Positions 12,338-25,461 of a DNA stretch of 64,000 nucleotides are shown piece by piece. Each line of letters begins with the position of its first letter. Position 1 is the first letter of the stretch. The DNA comes from Eledone cirrhosa (taxonomy: Eukaryota): assembly GCA_964016885.1 (NCBI GenBank), contig OZ024746.1, positions 12,400,001-12,464,000 on the forward strand, read 5' to 3'. The translations under genes and the position numbers were made by a program. The notes beneath the pieces are model-generated. The model was not told the DNA's origin and ran no database searches. It saw only the letters and a list, made by a program, of their open reading frames with translations.

Positions 12338-15300
12338 TCTCTATATATATAAAACGATGTCTGTCTGTGTGTGTGTATGATTTTTATGCATTTCCACATT
12401 TCTCTACCGATTGATAATTTATTTTCCAATCTTCTTCAAATTTACAAGGGCAGGTCAACGCGTAATTATTTTTGCCAAAAATTTCCTGCTTCTATGAAAA
12501 ATAATCGATAAAACTAAATATATGCTGTAACCTTCTCTCTTACACGCTTCATTCCTCTCTCTTACACGCTTCATTCCTCTCACTACTACCATCAAAAATG
12601 TATGAAACTACGCGGGAACGCGAAAAAAACTTTGATAACTAAGCAACACATAATTTTATACAACAACAAACAGTCATAACGACACTCAATACATCAAATA
12701 TCAAAATTTAAAAAGCCGATAACACTAAATACATACTGCTCTCTCAACGTTACATTTTACACACTTACATTTTACATCAAATAACAAATATTCAAAAGCA
12801 ACAGATGAATTTATAAAACAACAAACGTAACAATAACAATGCTTAAGCATTTATGATTCTCAACAAAGACATTATATTTTATTGTTGTCCTTTTTGTAAT
12901 ATTCTTTCTTTGTTTTTCTCAATATGAGACAAAAAATTAATGAGAAAACTTTTTTCACGGGATTCTATTCAAAGTCGGGACAATTATTGCTTTTGGTCAG
13001 AAGGTGACGAAATAAAAAAATTTCAAATCAATCAACAATAAGGGCAAAAATCGATCATGATCATTCCCCCTCTCTATAATTTAACTGCTTTACTCTCTCT
13101 GTCGCTCTTCACTCCCTATATGACAACACTGAAGAGAGAGAAACAATGTATATAATCAAATGGAGCGTTCCGTATATTCCCCCTCTCTATAATTTAACTG
13201 ATTTACTCTCTCTGTCGCTCTTCACTCCCTATATGACAACACTGCAGTGGAGCGTCCCGTATTGAGCGTTCCGTATTGACATACGGCTTATCTGGGGCAT
13301 TTTCAATCGGCCTATTGCAAATAACAACCCGCAAAATAACACTTCATATAACAGATTAATGATATAGACATATGAATCGGAATGTAACCTGTGAACTTTT
13401 TCCTGGGCAAAATTATTCGAACAGACATGAGCTCATTGCCAGAGTGTTCAGACTGAAACTGGCTAAACTCATGGCTTTAATCAAAAAGGTCAGGTATTTG
13501 GGGCTGTAAAATGTGACATGTTCACCGTCGAATGGCAAAAACGAGGGCTGTCACATGCTCACATTTTGATTTGGTTCAGCTGATAAAATCAATTCAAATG
13601 CCATAGACAGCTTCATTTCGGCTGAAATAAATAACCCAGCAACTGACCAGGAATTACATGACATCGTCAAAGCTAACATGTTCTGTGTGCGTTGGGTCCT
13701 AATGAGCATCACACGTGTCTGAAAGGGGGGGGGGGGGGTCGTGCAGTAAGGAATACCCACAAAAATGTGTTGACCAGACTCAGACTGGTGGCGACGGGTA
13801 CCCCCTGTACAGGCGGAGATGGCCCGAGAACGGTGGCTTCACAACAACAGTAAGGGGAGGTCAAGTCGACAATAGATGGGTGGTCCCTTACTGTCCGCTT
13901 CTCTTGAAGATGTTCAACGCCCACATCAACTTTGAGTTTTACATTTCCGTCAAGTCGATAAAATACATATGCAAATATGTAAATAAGGGCTCTGATGCCG
14001 CAATGTTCGCATTTCAAGCTGAAAATAGCAGGGACGAGGTCACAGAATACCTGGTGGAGCGGTACATCAGTAGCAATGAAGCTTTTTGGCGCCTATTTGG
14101 TTTACCCCTACACCAACGTCACCCCGCCATCGTACAGCTTGCGGTACATTTGGAAAATGGGCAAAGGGTTTACTTTACGGACCAAACCGCCGCCAACTTG
14201 GCCGCCGATCCGAAAGAGACCACTCTTACGGGTTTCTTCAAACTTTGCCAGTTCGATACATTTGCACAAACAATTGTGTACTCCCAGGTTCCATCCTACT
14301 TTATATGGTGGAAAAACACTTCGGTGCGAAGAAAGTCAAGTCAGGCTGTTGAAAGACATCCTGGTGTAAAATTTGACAGCTGTCTTGGAAGTGTTTACAC
14401 TGTGCCCCCAAGTCAGCATGAGTGCTTTCATCTCCGCCTTCTTCTGCATGAAGTTGTAGGCCCACAAAGTTTTCAGGACCTCAAAACTGTTGATGGAGAA
14501 ATGTGTGATACGTACCGGGAAGCCTGCTTTAAGCGTGGTCTTTTGGAAGATGATTCGCAATGGGATTACACTTTAGCAGAGAGTGCTTTATTGAAATCAC
14601 CTAAAGGTCTACGGAAACTCTTTGTCATTTTGCTTCAAAAGTGTGAATTGGGTGATCCCAAATCTTTATGGGTCAAGTACAGAGACTTCATGTCTGAGGA
14701 CTTCCTGCGCCTGGTTCATCTGCAGTATACTTCAGTGGAAGTTGGTTACAGCGACATTATCTACAACAGGGCACTCATTGATATCGAGGACGCCCTCCTC
14801 GACATGGGTGGGAGTTAGTTGGTGACGTATGGCTTGCCGTCAACCGTCAGAGAGGAAGCTAACACGTTGGCCCCGGATTTGTTGGGGGAAACAGAATATT
14901 ACATCGAATCTCTTTCCCAATACTTAGAGGAAAATGAGCCCAAACTTCTGTCGGACCAAAGGTTAGCCTATTTAACTATCATTGACGCAGTTCAAAATCA
15001 GACTGGGGGTATTTACATTCTCGATGCTCCTGGGGGTACCGGAAAAACTTATGTAACGAATTTGATTCTCGCTAAGATTCTCCAGGAGAAAAAATTGCGT
15101 TGGCCGTTGCATCGTCCGGGATCGCTGCTACTTTGCTGCCGGGAGACAGGACAGCACATTCAACCTTTAAACTTCCTTGGATTTAGAAAAAACTGAGTCA
15201 TCAACATGCAATATCAGCAAAAGTTCACACTAAGCTCTGGTTTTCAAAAAATGTTGCCTCATTGTTTGGGATGAGTGTACAATGGGTGCCCTTGAGGCAT

Positions 15301-16559
15301 TGGACAGGACCCTGAAAGACATTAGGGATTCTACGGCTCCTATGGGTGGCATAACCCTTCTGCTATCAGGGCTTTTTCGGCAAACGCTGCCTGTCATCCC
15401 CAAAGGGACAAGAGCTGATGAAGTGCGTGCCTGTCTTAAGTCGTCCATGTTGTGGCTCCAGGTGAAGAGTTTGTACCTGAGCACAAATATGCGTGCTCAT
15501 TTGCATGGTGACAACATGTCTGCAGCATTTGCTCAGAATATTTTAGCACTTGGTGAGGGCAAGGTCCCTGCGGATAACAAGGGCGGCATAGCAATCGACT
15601 CCCTGTGCAACATTGTGAGCAGCCCTTCTGACCTTTGGGAAGCAGTTTTTCCTAATGTCTCATCTAACTTTAAAAACCTCGATTGGCTCCGAAAAATACC
15701 ATGGTTAATTTTATTAACGAACAGCTGATTGAGAAGTTTCCCGGTAAAGAGCCATCTTCAAATCTATCGACCGGACGTCAGACCCCGATGATATCGTTAA
15801 TTATCCGGTTGAGTTATTAAATTTCCTTGAGCCCCCAGGGCTCCCACCTCACATTCTTAAGCTTAAGGTTGGCTGTCCCATTATGCTAATAAGCAGTGCA
15901 ACGGTACTCGCATGGTCAAGTCACTGGCGCCCCACTTGATTGAAGCCACCATTGTAACGGGGTGCGGGAGAGGGGAGAATGTTTTCATTCCAAGGATGAA
16001 CCTTTTCCCCTCGGCGTCAGATATTCCGTTCGATTTCTGGCGATCCCAATTCCCGGTGAGACCATGTTTTGCCATGTCCATTAACAAGTCACAAGGGCAA
16101 ACATTGTCGGTGGCGGGCATCCATTTGGGGAGCCATGCTTCTCCCATGGCCAACTTTATGTTGCTTGTTCCCGCGTAGGGAGCAGGAATGGATTTTTTGC
16201 TTACACTCCTCAAGGAATGACATGCAATATCGTCTACAAAGAGGTGCTATAGATGTTGGTGCAGGTGTTGGAGCTATGCCGTCTGGAAAACTGGTAGGGT
16301 CACCCATAGCGGACAGATCTGATACCCAGCGTCATCAAGGCCACCATCTTGCAACTTTGGTCTACTAAATTCGCTATTGGAAGATTATTAACCCATCATT
16401 GATTGTCCAAAATGCTAATTGGTTCGTAACTTTTAATAACCGGTTCAACTGCTTTATTCACTTAATTGATAAGCTTATGCGCTTTCAAGCTACGTTTACC
16501 TGTATGTAACTTTTCATAGCAAATGAACAAACCCGAGCAACGCCGGGCTAAACTGCTAG
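12338..16559 (+). mobile_element. Helitron copy 2, frameshifted Rep/Pif1 helicase with intact 3' terminus
   Basis: TC start at 12338. Rep HUH motif EWQKRGLSHAHILIW at ~13530, DNRWVVPY...KYICKYVNKG in 13715-14818, DAPGGTGKT in 14819-15196, QFPVRPCFAMSINKSQGQTL in 15912-16178. 3' hairpin CCCGAGCAACGCCGGG then CTAG|T at 16556-16560. Confidence 0.92.
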
Positions 16560-16630
16560 TCACCAATATAATGAACAAATCGGATCAAAATTAGAATGAA
16601 CAGCTAACTCATCCAGTTAAATTACGTTAC

Positions 16631-18632
16631 CTGTTAGATTGTATCTTAATTTCTCGACAATAGAAGATATAAAATATGAATATCTGTTGCATAATGTTTC
16701 TATGTTGTAAGCGACAATATAAAATAACGACAAATAAAAACAATTGAACATAAAATAAAATATAAACACTTTATTGTTTCAATAAAATATACAAATATAT
16801 ATAAAATATGTAATATAAATAAAATTAATTATACAAATATTTTTAATATAGATATATTTATATATGTCACAGATATAATATTGTAATACCAACAACATTC
16901 TTGCGATATGACATTAAATATAATTATTACTTATAATATCAAAATATATTGTTTTCTATGTTAAAGAAAAATATTCTTTGTGAAAAGTGAAGTTTAAACG
17001 CTTCTACATATCTGCAATGATACACTTGTATCTGGGTACCTGCCTGATTGGTAGGGATTCATGAAATGTGATTGAATATCATTTCATTGAAATGATTGAA
17101 GAGTATGTTGAATATACACTATATGTTCCAGGAGTGAATGAAGTGTAACCATGGTAAATGTTCGATGTTGACCAATGTGTAATTGATTTGGCAGCAAAAT
17201 ATTACCATCTGATTCTACATTGTGTCGGAACTTTGAAGACATCTGAAATATAAGAAAACATTGATAAAAGCTTGGTGAAAATATTTACAAATTGTAATAT
17301 ATAGACACTTAGATATTATATTGTAATATATAGACACTTAGATATTATATTGTAATATATAGACACTTACATATTATATGTAATATATAGACACTTACAT
17401 ATATAGATTAGGTTTGGCGTTGATGTGTTGTATATATTATCAAATTATTGTTGCTCCTCATTGTTAAAATTTCACAATATTTTTCTAGATAATTTATATT
17501 AAATATCTCATCTATTCATATGCAAACTATGATTGTTTAAAATTACATTACACAGGTAGACAATATAGAAATTATTTGAAAATATCCTAGGATTGTTTAA
17601 AATTACTTCATTAAACAGAACTTTATTTCATATTAACACCAACAGAGACAATATAGAATCTATTTGGAAATATTCTTAGAGTAATAATACTTACAAATAA
17701 ATTCAGTAGAATTTTCATATCAACCAAATGATAATGAGTTCGTTTGAGATAGCAAAAGAACATAGCAACTGATGTTCGAGTGAGTTTAGAACAAGCAGCT
17801 GGATAATGACATGGCACATTTATAAGTTTGGCAGGAGCACACAGTCTGTCATATTCTCTCTTCGTTTCATTCTTGATCACATCGATATATTTACTGAGTG
17901 TTGTAGACATGTTAACTAACAGCATCTGTAATGAAGAAATGTGACGAGTCTTATATTTTCTCATTTATTCACACCTCTATCATAAACTTCAAAAATATTG
18001 AGAGAGGAAAATATTTTCATAATGTGTACAAACCTTTGTTAATTCAGTCCGAGTGTTGGTGCTGTTGTCCTGAATGTACATCTGAGGGAATTTAACATCC
18101 ATATTGTTGACTGTCTTATCAATAAATTGATGGCAGCTTGTAGCAGGTTCTAATTCAATGTCCTTACACTATATAAAAATAATATTACATCATATGTGTC
18201 AGACTTTGATAGAAAGAATTGGAATAAAATGAGACATATATGCTTGAGAACTGAATTATTCTGTACTATGCTCTTTGATTTCATTCAGATATTCTTCATG
18301 AAATCAGGTTGCTATGTGATATTGCAATACTATAGACATAAAAATATGATACTGATATATGAAAAACAATAAGGAATTAATTCTTAACTTACATATATGC
18401 TCAAAGTATTATTTACAGATTTTGATGCGAGTCCTGTAATGTACAATACATCCTGCAAGTTAGATTTTATTTCTGATAATGCAGGCGTGACAGTAGATAT
18501 CGATGCTCCAGCTATTAATGTAATCCATACTGACAGACATACGAATGATGTAAATTTCCAACCTAAATAAGAAAATAAAAGTTGTATGTAAATATGTATG
18601 TATGTGTGTATGTGTGTATGTGTGTATGTGTG

Positions 18633-18676
<44 letters not shown>

Positions 18677-19603
18677 TGTGCGTGTGTGTGTGTATGTATG
18701 TATGTATGTGTGTATGTATGTATGTGTGTATGTATGTATGTATGTATGTATGTGTGTATGTATGTGTGTATGTGTGTATGTATGTGTGTATGTGTGTATG
18801 TATGTGTGTATGTGTGTATGTATGTGTGTATGTGTGTATGTATGTGTGTATGTGTGTATGTATGTATGTATGTATGTATGTGTGTATGTATGTATGTATG
18901 TATGTATGTATGTATGTGTGTATGTATGTATGTATGTATGTGTGTATGTATGTATGTATGTATGTATGTACGTATTGATAATTCAAATAATAATATTTAT
19001 GTGAACTCTACAGAACTTCATACTTACAAGTGTTCATTTTTGTTGTAACTGATTGAAAAATAGTAATGTAAATTATAAAATAGCGATAACTTTATAGACC
19101 TTGTGAACGCAGAAATTATGACAAAATATATCTAATGACAACCCTTATATACTTACTCAGAGAATAATTAGTTTGTAAATTCCCTTGATAAGTTTCGGTA
19201 ATGTAAGTATCTGGAAATTAACTATATCCTTTATCTAATGTGTCATTTACGATACGTAAACTTTGTTTTCCGTAGTACCGGCGGATGATTTGTTTTTCTC
19301 ATTGTGTGATTAACTGTGGGAGAATTTGTGAAAGGGAGAGAAAAGTGTGTAAAAAGACAGATAGAGGAAAAGACAGGGAAAGAGGGAGAACGTAAAAGCA
19401 CTTTATGAATGAACTATTTTTATCACAATATTGATAGTAAATTCCTTCCTGTTTATGTGTGATAATAAAAGTTCCGACTGAATTATTATTTCATAGTAGA
19501 GAGAGGTCATCATCATCGTCCTTCAAGTTACTAGTGGATACTTTACCTGTTAGGAATAGCAGCCATTTCTTCCTCAAATCATACCTTACCAGATATTATA
19601 GAT
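16631..19603 (-). repeat. Left arm of a ~3-kb inverted segmental duplication (contains gene A)
   Basis: Near-identical reverse complement of 28136-31446, including introns, UTRs and upstream region. Differences are mostly microsatellite/minisatellite length. Confidence 0.92.
17084..19037 (-). CDS. Gene A: secreted 234-aa putative four-helix-bundle (class I cytokine-like) protein, 5 coding exons
   Basis: Coding exons on minus strand: 19037-19028 (ATG AAC ACT T|gtaagt), 18562-18393, 18168-18034, 17925-17695, 17242-17084 (TGA). All introns are GT-AG, phases 1,0,0,0, and the spliced frame is open: MNTCWKFTSFVCLSVWITLIAGASISTVTPALSEIKSNLQDVLYITGLASKSVNNTLSIY/CKDIELEPATSCHQFIDKTVNNMDVKFPQMYIQDNSTNTRTELTK/MLLVNMSTTLSKYIDVIKNETKREYDRLCAPAKLINVPCHYPAACSKLTRTSVAMFFCYLKRTHYHLVDMKILLNLF/MSSKFRHNVESDGNILLPNQLHIGQHRTFTMVTLHSLLEHIVYIQHTLQSFQ*. 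The exon structure is supported by paralog C. The family assignment is inference. Confidence 0.85.
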
Positions 19604-20501
19604 CATTTCGGCGACCAAACGCTTTTGCCCCTCGAAATCAATCAACGCCCCGCCCCATTTTTCCACTTTTCAATATACTACTGATTTTGATATCAGTAGA
19701 TTACTGGGCCAAATGAAGTTATGTTAGAATCTTTAAAAAATCTTTTAAAAAATCTTTAAAAAATTCGTGCGAATTAAATACAAAAAAGTTTCAGTCCAAA
19801 ACAAAAGCAAACTATTTCAAATTATCTATTTTTGAAAAATAGACGTAAATGTTCTCAAAGATTTGATCTCAGTCGAAAAAGCCTTTTTTTTTTAAATTCT
19901 ATATTTCACTGTTAGCTTTTATAATATTTTGAGTGGATAGACAATTTTACAATTCAAACTGTAAAGTCAAAATACAAAAAATGCTAAATATGAAGAATAT
20001 CTTACCTTTCTCTGGAATTACAAACTCAAGGGGAAAATAGTACCTTGCAAAATAAAGGGCCTCGATCAAAAACTTAGTTGCAACGAATGAATTGAGATGC
20101 TTAGTGACAGTGAGCAAACAATATCTGTATCCCTTATATTTATATATTTATATTACATAGATAGACACACACACACACACATGCACACGCACACACACAC
20201 ACACGCACATACACAAAATAAACTTGTGTGTGTGTGTCTGTGTGTGCCTTGTTTTTGGTACAGAAAGAATTTTTTCTCCAGTTTTTATTGCCGGGTCAAA
20301 GGCCACTGCTCTTTTCAACAACGTCAAATAAAAACGCCATATATATATATATATATATAAAGAGAGAGAGAGAGAGGGGGAGAGAGAGGGAGAGAGAGAG
20401 ATAGAGAGAGAAAGAGGGAGAGACAGAGAGAGTTAGAAACGTGGGTGTGTGTGTGTGTTTGGTACACGTCTATCTATCTATCTATCTATTTATCTATCTA
20501 T

Positions 20502-23500
20502 AATTCTTAGTTAGAAGTAAGGATAGGGACATATTAAGCTGTCCAGAAATGCACACGGTTGGCTACACGGACCACAAATTAGTGACCTGCGTAGTCAATC
20601 TCGAGAAAACACATAAACAGGGTCCCGGTTACTGGAAACTTAATTTGTCTTTACCGGCAAAAGAGACTTACAGAAACCGGATTAGCAGATTAGTTAAGGA
20701 GAGGTTGACGGGTGCAATCATCAACAACCGATGGTGGGCATCTCTCAAAAGAGAGATTAGAACAGAATCAATAAGTTATAGCAAGATGTTAGCTGCCGAT
20801 AGGAATAGAAACGAGAAAGAATTAACAGGTAAATTAGAAGAGGCAATCAAGAGCGAAGATGTGGCCAGAGTGCTGGCATCGAGGACGGCCTTGAACCAGT
20901 TTTTCGATGCAAAGCACGAAGGCTGCGTCATTCGAAGTAAAATACGTGCTCTAGGTAATGAGGGGGCCAAAGCCGTTGGCTGGGCCCGCGTGACAGAAGC
21001 TAAGAGTGGAAATCGATCCACCATCCGGTCGTTGCAAGACGAAGATGGACGGGTGATCCGGGAGCCTAAGCAGATGTGCGAGGCCTTTCAAAGGCACTTT
21101 GCCCGATTGTTCGGGGGAGGCGAGGGTCCGGGCGGGGGCGTGGATTTCGGTCCATACCTCGACGGCCTGCCGCGTCTCTCGAGCGAAGAGGCAGAGTCCT
21201 GCGAGGGACCAATCTCGGCTGATGAGATCGGAGATGCGCTGAGCCAATGCAGCAGACGCAAATCTCCAGGTCTCGATGGTATACCTTACGAACTTTATTT
21301 AGCAATGCCGGTCTTCTTCTCCGAACTCCTCGAAGCGGTCTACTGCAATTGGCAGCAGAACGGGAGAATTCCTTGTTCTGTAGCCAAGGGCGTAGTCATG
21401 CTGGTGAGGAAGGACGACAACAAGGGGGATAGTATAAATAATTTTCGGCCCATAACCCTGCTAAACACAGAGTTAAAGATTTTGGCCAAGGTGTTAGCAA
21501 AGAGGTTGGCGCTTGTCGTGGGTGGCCTGGTGGGAGATGCGCAGACATGTGCTATCCCATCCAGGTCCATTCACGATAACCTCCACCTCATGCGATACAT
21601 CATAGAGAGGGTTGGCAACAAACCCGGCTTCGGTGGGGCCCTGATCAACTTGGATCAGTCTAAGGCCTTCGATAGGGTCGACCATGGTTACCTGGATGCG
21701 GTGCTAGCGGCGGCTGGGTTCGGTCCTGTTTTCAGAGGCTGGATAACTGCCTTACATAGCAACCACATCTGTTCTAGGATCAAGGTGAACGGCTACCTTT
21801 CGAAGCCGTTCGAAATCACACGATCCATTCGACAGGGGTGCCCTCTCTCCTCCCTTCTGTACGTATTGACTCTCGAGCCTTTACTGAGGAAGTTGGAGTT
21901 GTTGCAGGGTATCCCCCTGGAACCAGGATTGAGCAAAGCGGTGTCGGCCTACGCCGATGACGTAACAGTAATGGTATCGACCGACTCGGAGATCGAGGCG
22001 ATCGGTACCTTACTGGAGGAGTACGAAAGGTTGTCAGGAGCGAAACTGAACCGGGAAAAATCCATCGGGCTGCAACTCGGAACGTGGAGAGGCAGACCGA
22101 TGCCTCCTGACGGTGTCGTCGGACACTGGACGGAGGGCCCGGTAAAGTTGCTTGGGGTCTGGTTTGGACCGGACCTCCAGGTGGAAAAGAACTGGAACGA
22201 GGTTACGAACAAGGTGTTTGCACTAACCCAGAAATGGGCCAAGTGTAAGCTGTCCCTAAAAGACCGGGCGGAGGTGGCGAACATTTACATAGCGTCCGTC
22301 ACTTACTACCGCCTGACTGTCGTGCCTTGCCCTAAGGAAACACTCACCACCATGGAACGCATGCTCTTCCAATTTCTTTGGAAGAAGCGCCCTCCTATGG
22401 TGAGAAGATCCATCTGCTGCCAACAACCTTCGAAAGGAGGGCTGGGGATGCCGTGGTTGATGATGCGTAGGCACGCATTAAGGCTACGGCACCTACAGGT
22501 ATTCCTCACTGGTCAACCGGTGTGGGCTCCGTTCGTGAAACGAGCCTTTCCGAGACTCGTCTCGCTCACCGAGCTACAGTCCTGGGTCAAGCAAAGATCC
22601 GGAAAACTGGGAGACTGGCACACTGAGTGTGCTCAGGCGCTCAGGGCTCTCTGGCAAGCGGGCCAGGCCATCGGTGGAGAATCCACCTCATCATTCTATA
22701 GAGGGCTGGTGGCTAGCAGGGGCGATGACACCCTTGGAGAGTCGCTGGACATGGAAGAAGACGAACTGGCCAGCCTGTTCGGTAGGACTTTCGGCCCAGG
22801 ACCAATGGACAACTTCCAGAAGTCACTGGCCTGGCAGTGCTACCGGGGGGCTCTACCCGTTCGAGAGAGGCTCTACAGACACGGGCGCCCGGGCAGGGAT
22901 CCCTCAAAAAAGATTTGCCCTAGATGCGTGCGTCACGAAGAAACCGTTGCGCACGCATTGGTGCAATGTCCGGGCGTGGCTGATCTGTGGGGCTACGCCG
23001 AACGACTGCTGTCGCGGGTGGCGCCGATTAAATTGACCGCCGAGTCCGTGATGACAATCAAACCGCCTCCCCTCTTCACAAAGGAAGCAAAGGCGGTTTT
23101 TCTGTGCGTAATAGCCATGTTGAAAGAGGTTGTTTGGTGGACACGATTGAAAGGTCTGAGGTCAGGTAACTTCCTCTCTGGCCATAGTCTGGTCTACTTC
23201 TTCCGATATCACTTCGGAAGAAGGATAAGAATGGAGAGAGAGGTGCTTGGCCACAGGCAGTTTTATGAAAGGTGGGTGATAGTGGCGAGAATGGCTCGTG
23301 TAAATGGGCCTTCTCTGAATACCATCCTGTAGGTAAAGAAGTAAAGGAGAGGGGAGCACCTTCTCCATGTGCTCCCCGGGCAAAGGATTGCACACTTTTT
23401 CGGGGGTGTGTGCAACCCCCATCACGTCCCCTCCCTTTTGAGGTTATTTTCGATTATTTTCATGTACACCCTTTTTACTCGATTATATGTAAACTCCCCC

Positions 23501-23545
23501 TTTGTATTTGTCCCTTCTTTTTATGCCTTTATGGTAAATAAAGAA
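20502..23545 (+). mobile_element. 5'-truncated Tx1/L1-clade LINE inserted in (TATC)n
   Basis: Contains an uninterrupted ORF2 remnant and a short 3' UTR with AATAAA. It is flanked by a ~22-bp direct repeat atctatctatttatctatctat (20480-20501, 23546-23567) consistent with a TSD. Confidence 0.92.
20549..23332 (+). CDS. Tx1/L1-type ORF2 remnant (endonuclease C-end, reverse transcriptase, C-terminal CCHC), 927 aa
   Basis: GYTDHK (APE end), GPGYWKLN, KSPGLDG, NFRPITLLN, LDQSKAFDRVDH, RQGCPLS, AYADD, CPRC...ETVAHALVQC; no internal stops. Confidence 0.9.
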   Translation: MHTVGYTDHKLVTCVVNLEKTHKQGPGYWKLNLSLPAKETYRNRISRLVKERLTGAIINNRWWASLKREIRTESISYSKMLAADRNRNEKELTGKLEEAIKSEDVARVLASRTALNQFFDAKHEGCVIRSKIRALGNEGAKAVGWARVTEAKSGNRSTIRSLQDEDGRVIREPKQMCEAFQRHFARLFGGGEGPGGGVDFGPYLDGLPRLSSEEAESCEGPISADEIGDALSQCSRRKSPGLDGIPYELYLAMPVFFSELLEAVYCNWQQNGRIPCSVAKGVVMLVRKDDNKGDSINNFRPITLLNTELKILAKVLAKRLALVVGGLVGDAQTCAIPSRSIHDNLHLMRYIIERVGNKPGFGGALINLDQSKAFDRVDHGYLDAVLAAAGFGPVFRGWITALHSNHICSRIKVNGYLSKPFEITRSIRQGCPLSSLLYVLTLEPLLRKLELLQGIPLEPGLSKAVSAYADDVTVMVSTDSEIEAIGTLLEEYERLSGAKLNREKSIGLQLGTWRGRPMPPDGVVGHWTEGPVKLLGVWFGPDLQVEKNWNEVTNKVFALTQKWAKCKLSLKDRAEVANIYIASVTYYRLTVVPCPKETLTTMERMLFQFLWKKRPPMVRRSICCQQPSKGGLGMPWLMMRRHALRLRHLQVFLTGQPVWAPFVKRAFPRLVSLTELQSWVKQRSGKLGDWHTECAQALRALWQAGQAIGGESTSSFYRGLVASRGDDTLGESLDMEEDELASLFGRTFGPGPMDNFQKSLAWQCYRGALPVRERLYRHGRPGRDPSKKICPRCVRHEETVAHALVQCPGVADLWGYAERLLSRVAPIKLTAESVMTIKPPPLFTKEAKAVFLCVIAMLKEVVWWTRLKGLRSGNFLSGHSLVYFFRYHFGRRIRMEREVLGHRQFYERWVIVARMARVNGPSLNTIL

Positions 23546-24511
23546 ATCTATCTATTTATCTATCTATCTCTCCAACAGGGGGCTCAAACATGCGGCCCGC
23601 GAACTACTTTTCTAGTGGTAGAACCAATATTTCAGATTCCATTATAACTGGCGAAAATAAGGCGGTGAGTTGGTTGAATCGTTAGCACATCTGGCGAAAT
23701 ACTTAGCGGTACTTCTTCCGTTTTTACGTTCCAAGTTCAATTTCCGCTGATCTCAACTTTGCCTTTCATCCTTTTGGGGTCGATAAATTAAGTACCAGTT
23801 GTGAACTGAGATCAATGTAATCGACGGGACCCTAAACCCCAAATTGTGCCTATAGTAGAAATGATTATAACTGGTGAAAATCATCACCCACCACCACGTT
23901 TGGCCCACTGTGCCTCTCCTCCAAGACGTAAAGGCCCTTTTATGTCCTTGAGTTTGAGACCCCTCTTCTACACACACACAAACACACACATATATATATA
24001 TACACTTTTCTTTTTTTCTGTCTCTACACTACGCCCATGCTGGAGCATCACCTTGGTAAGTTATGAGATGTCAACAAACCAACAAGGATTGGTGGCAGGG
24101 CAAACACAAACGCAAAGACACACACAGACATATATACATATATACATATATACACATATACGACGCGCTTCTTTTAGTTTCGGTCTATCAAATCCACTCA
24201 CAGGGCTTTGGTCGGCCCGGGCAGTGGGATTGAACCTGGAAACATGTGGTTGGAAAGCAAGCTTCTTGTGACACTGCGCATATATATATATATATGGTAT
24301 TAAATTAACAATGAAAATAAAAACAACAATGTCAAGTTACCTTATAACTTTGTTGTTTTTATTTTTATTGTTAATTTAATACCTAATATCTGACTCTGTA
24401 TCTAAAGAATTAACTCAGCGAAACAGAACTTCTCTATGGATTTTATTGGATTACATTGAGTTCTATCTACGGTACGGACCCTACTACCAGAGGTAGACCA
24501 CACTGAAAAAG

Positions 24512-24604
<93 letters not shown>

Positions 24605-24946
24605 AAAGTTCTATTTAAATTGTTGGGATACAACAAGCAAATATTTTTATAACTGATATAAAGCACTCAACAAATATTTGGAGTAAAAATACGATATTAA
24701 CAAATGGAAACTATATTTATAAAACCATATTTATTTCATTATACATATTTCAAGGACACCAAGTTAAATTATGGTGTGCTTTCATCAGATAAAATATAAT
24801 ATCGATCAGTTTTATAAATAAATATTGACATACCCTTAAAGAATGCAACCATTGCTGTTGGAAGCTCCCGGATAGTGGAGTTTTAGCTTTAATTATATTA
24901 TTAGTATTGGATATTTTTATTTTTAAAATAAGCCGTTGGGTTACGG

Positions 24947-25200
24947 AGAAAAGGAAAAAGAAAAAGAAAAAGAAAAAGAAAAAGAAAAAGAAAAAGAAAA
25001 AGAAAAAGAAAAAGAAAAAGAAAAAGAAAAAGAAAAAGAAAAAGAAAAAGAAAAGGAAAAAGAAAAAGAAAAAGAAAAAGAAAAAGAAAAAGAAAAAGAA
25101 AAAGAGAAATATAGAGAAGAAGAGAGAAAGAAAGAGAGAGAGACCAGAAACAACAGAGAGAGAGAAAGATAGAGAGAGACAGAGAGAGGAGACAGAGAAA
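24947..25200 (+). repeat. (GAAAAA)n / GA-rich microsatellite
   Basis: Direct reading; it generates the spurious poly-K and poly-EK ORFs. Confidence 0.95.
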
Positions 25201-25461
25201 AGGGGAGAGAACGAAAAACTCTAAGTCATATCTTGTTGAGTTAACTTAACAATTGAGATGAAATGAATAAATAAAATTAGAAATGTTAATAATCATGAAT
25301 GGAATATACATATATAATATGAGAAATTTAACCATTGTTTAAATATGATTAGATGTTTAGTTAATCATTTAAATATTGAGATCAATATATTAAAAATTGG
25401 GATCTATATATTAAGAAATCCATATATTATTAAAGATCTATATATTATATAACACGTATAC

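Noticed and set aside
17623-17964. Stand-alone 113-aa ORF (and its twin 29979-30320; also 44805-45239, 45999-46253, 46896-47267, 29263-29559)
   Set aside because: These are single exons plus intronic read-through. Homology between paralogs stops exactly at the AG/GT splice sites.
24907-25224. Poly-Lys / EK-repeat ORFs
   Set aside because: (GAAAAA)n microsatellite with no splice or homology support.
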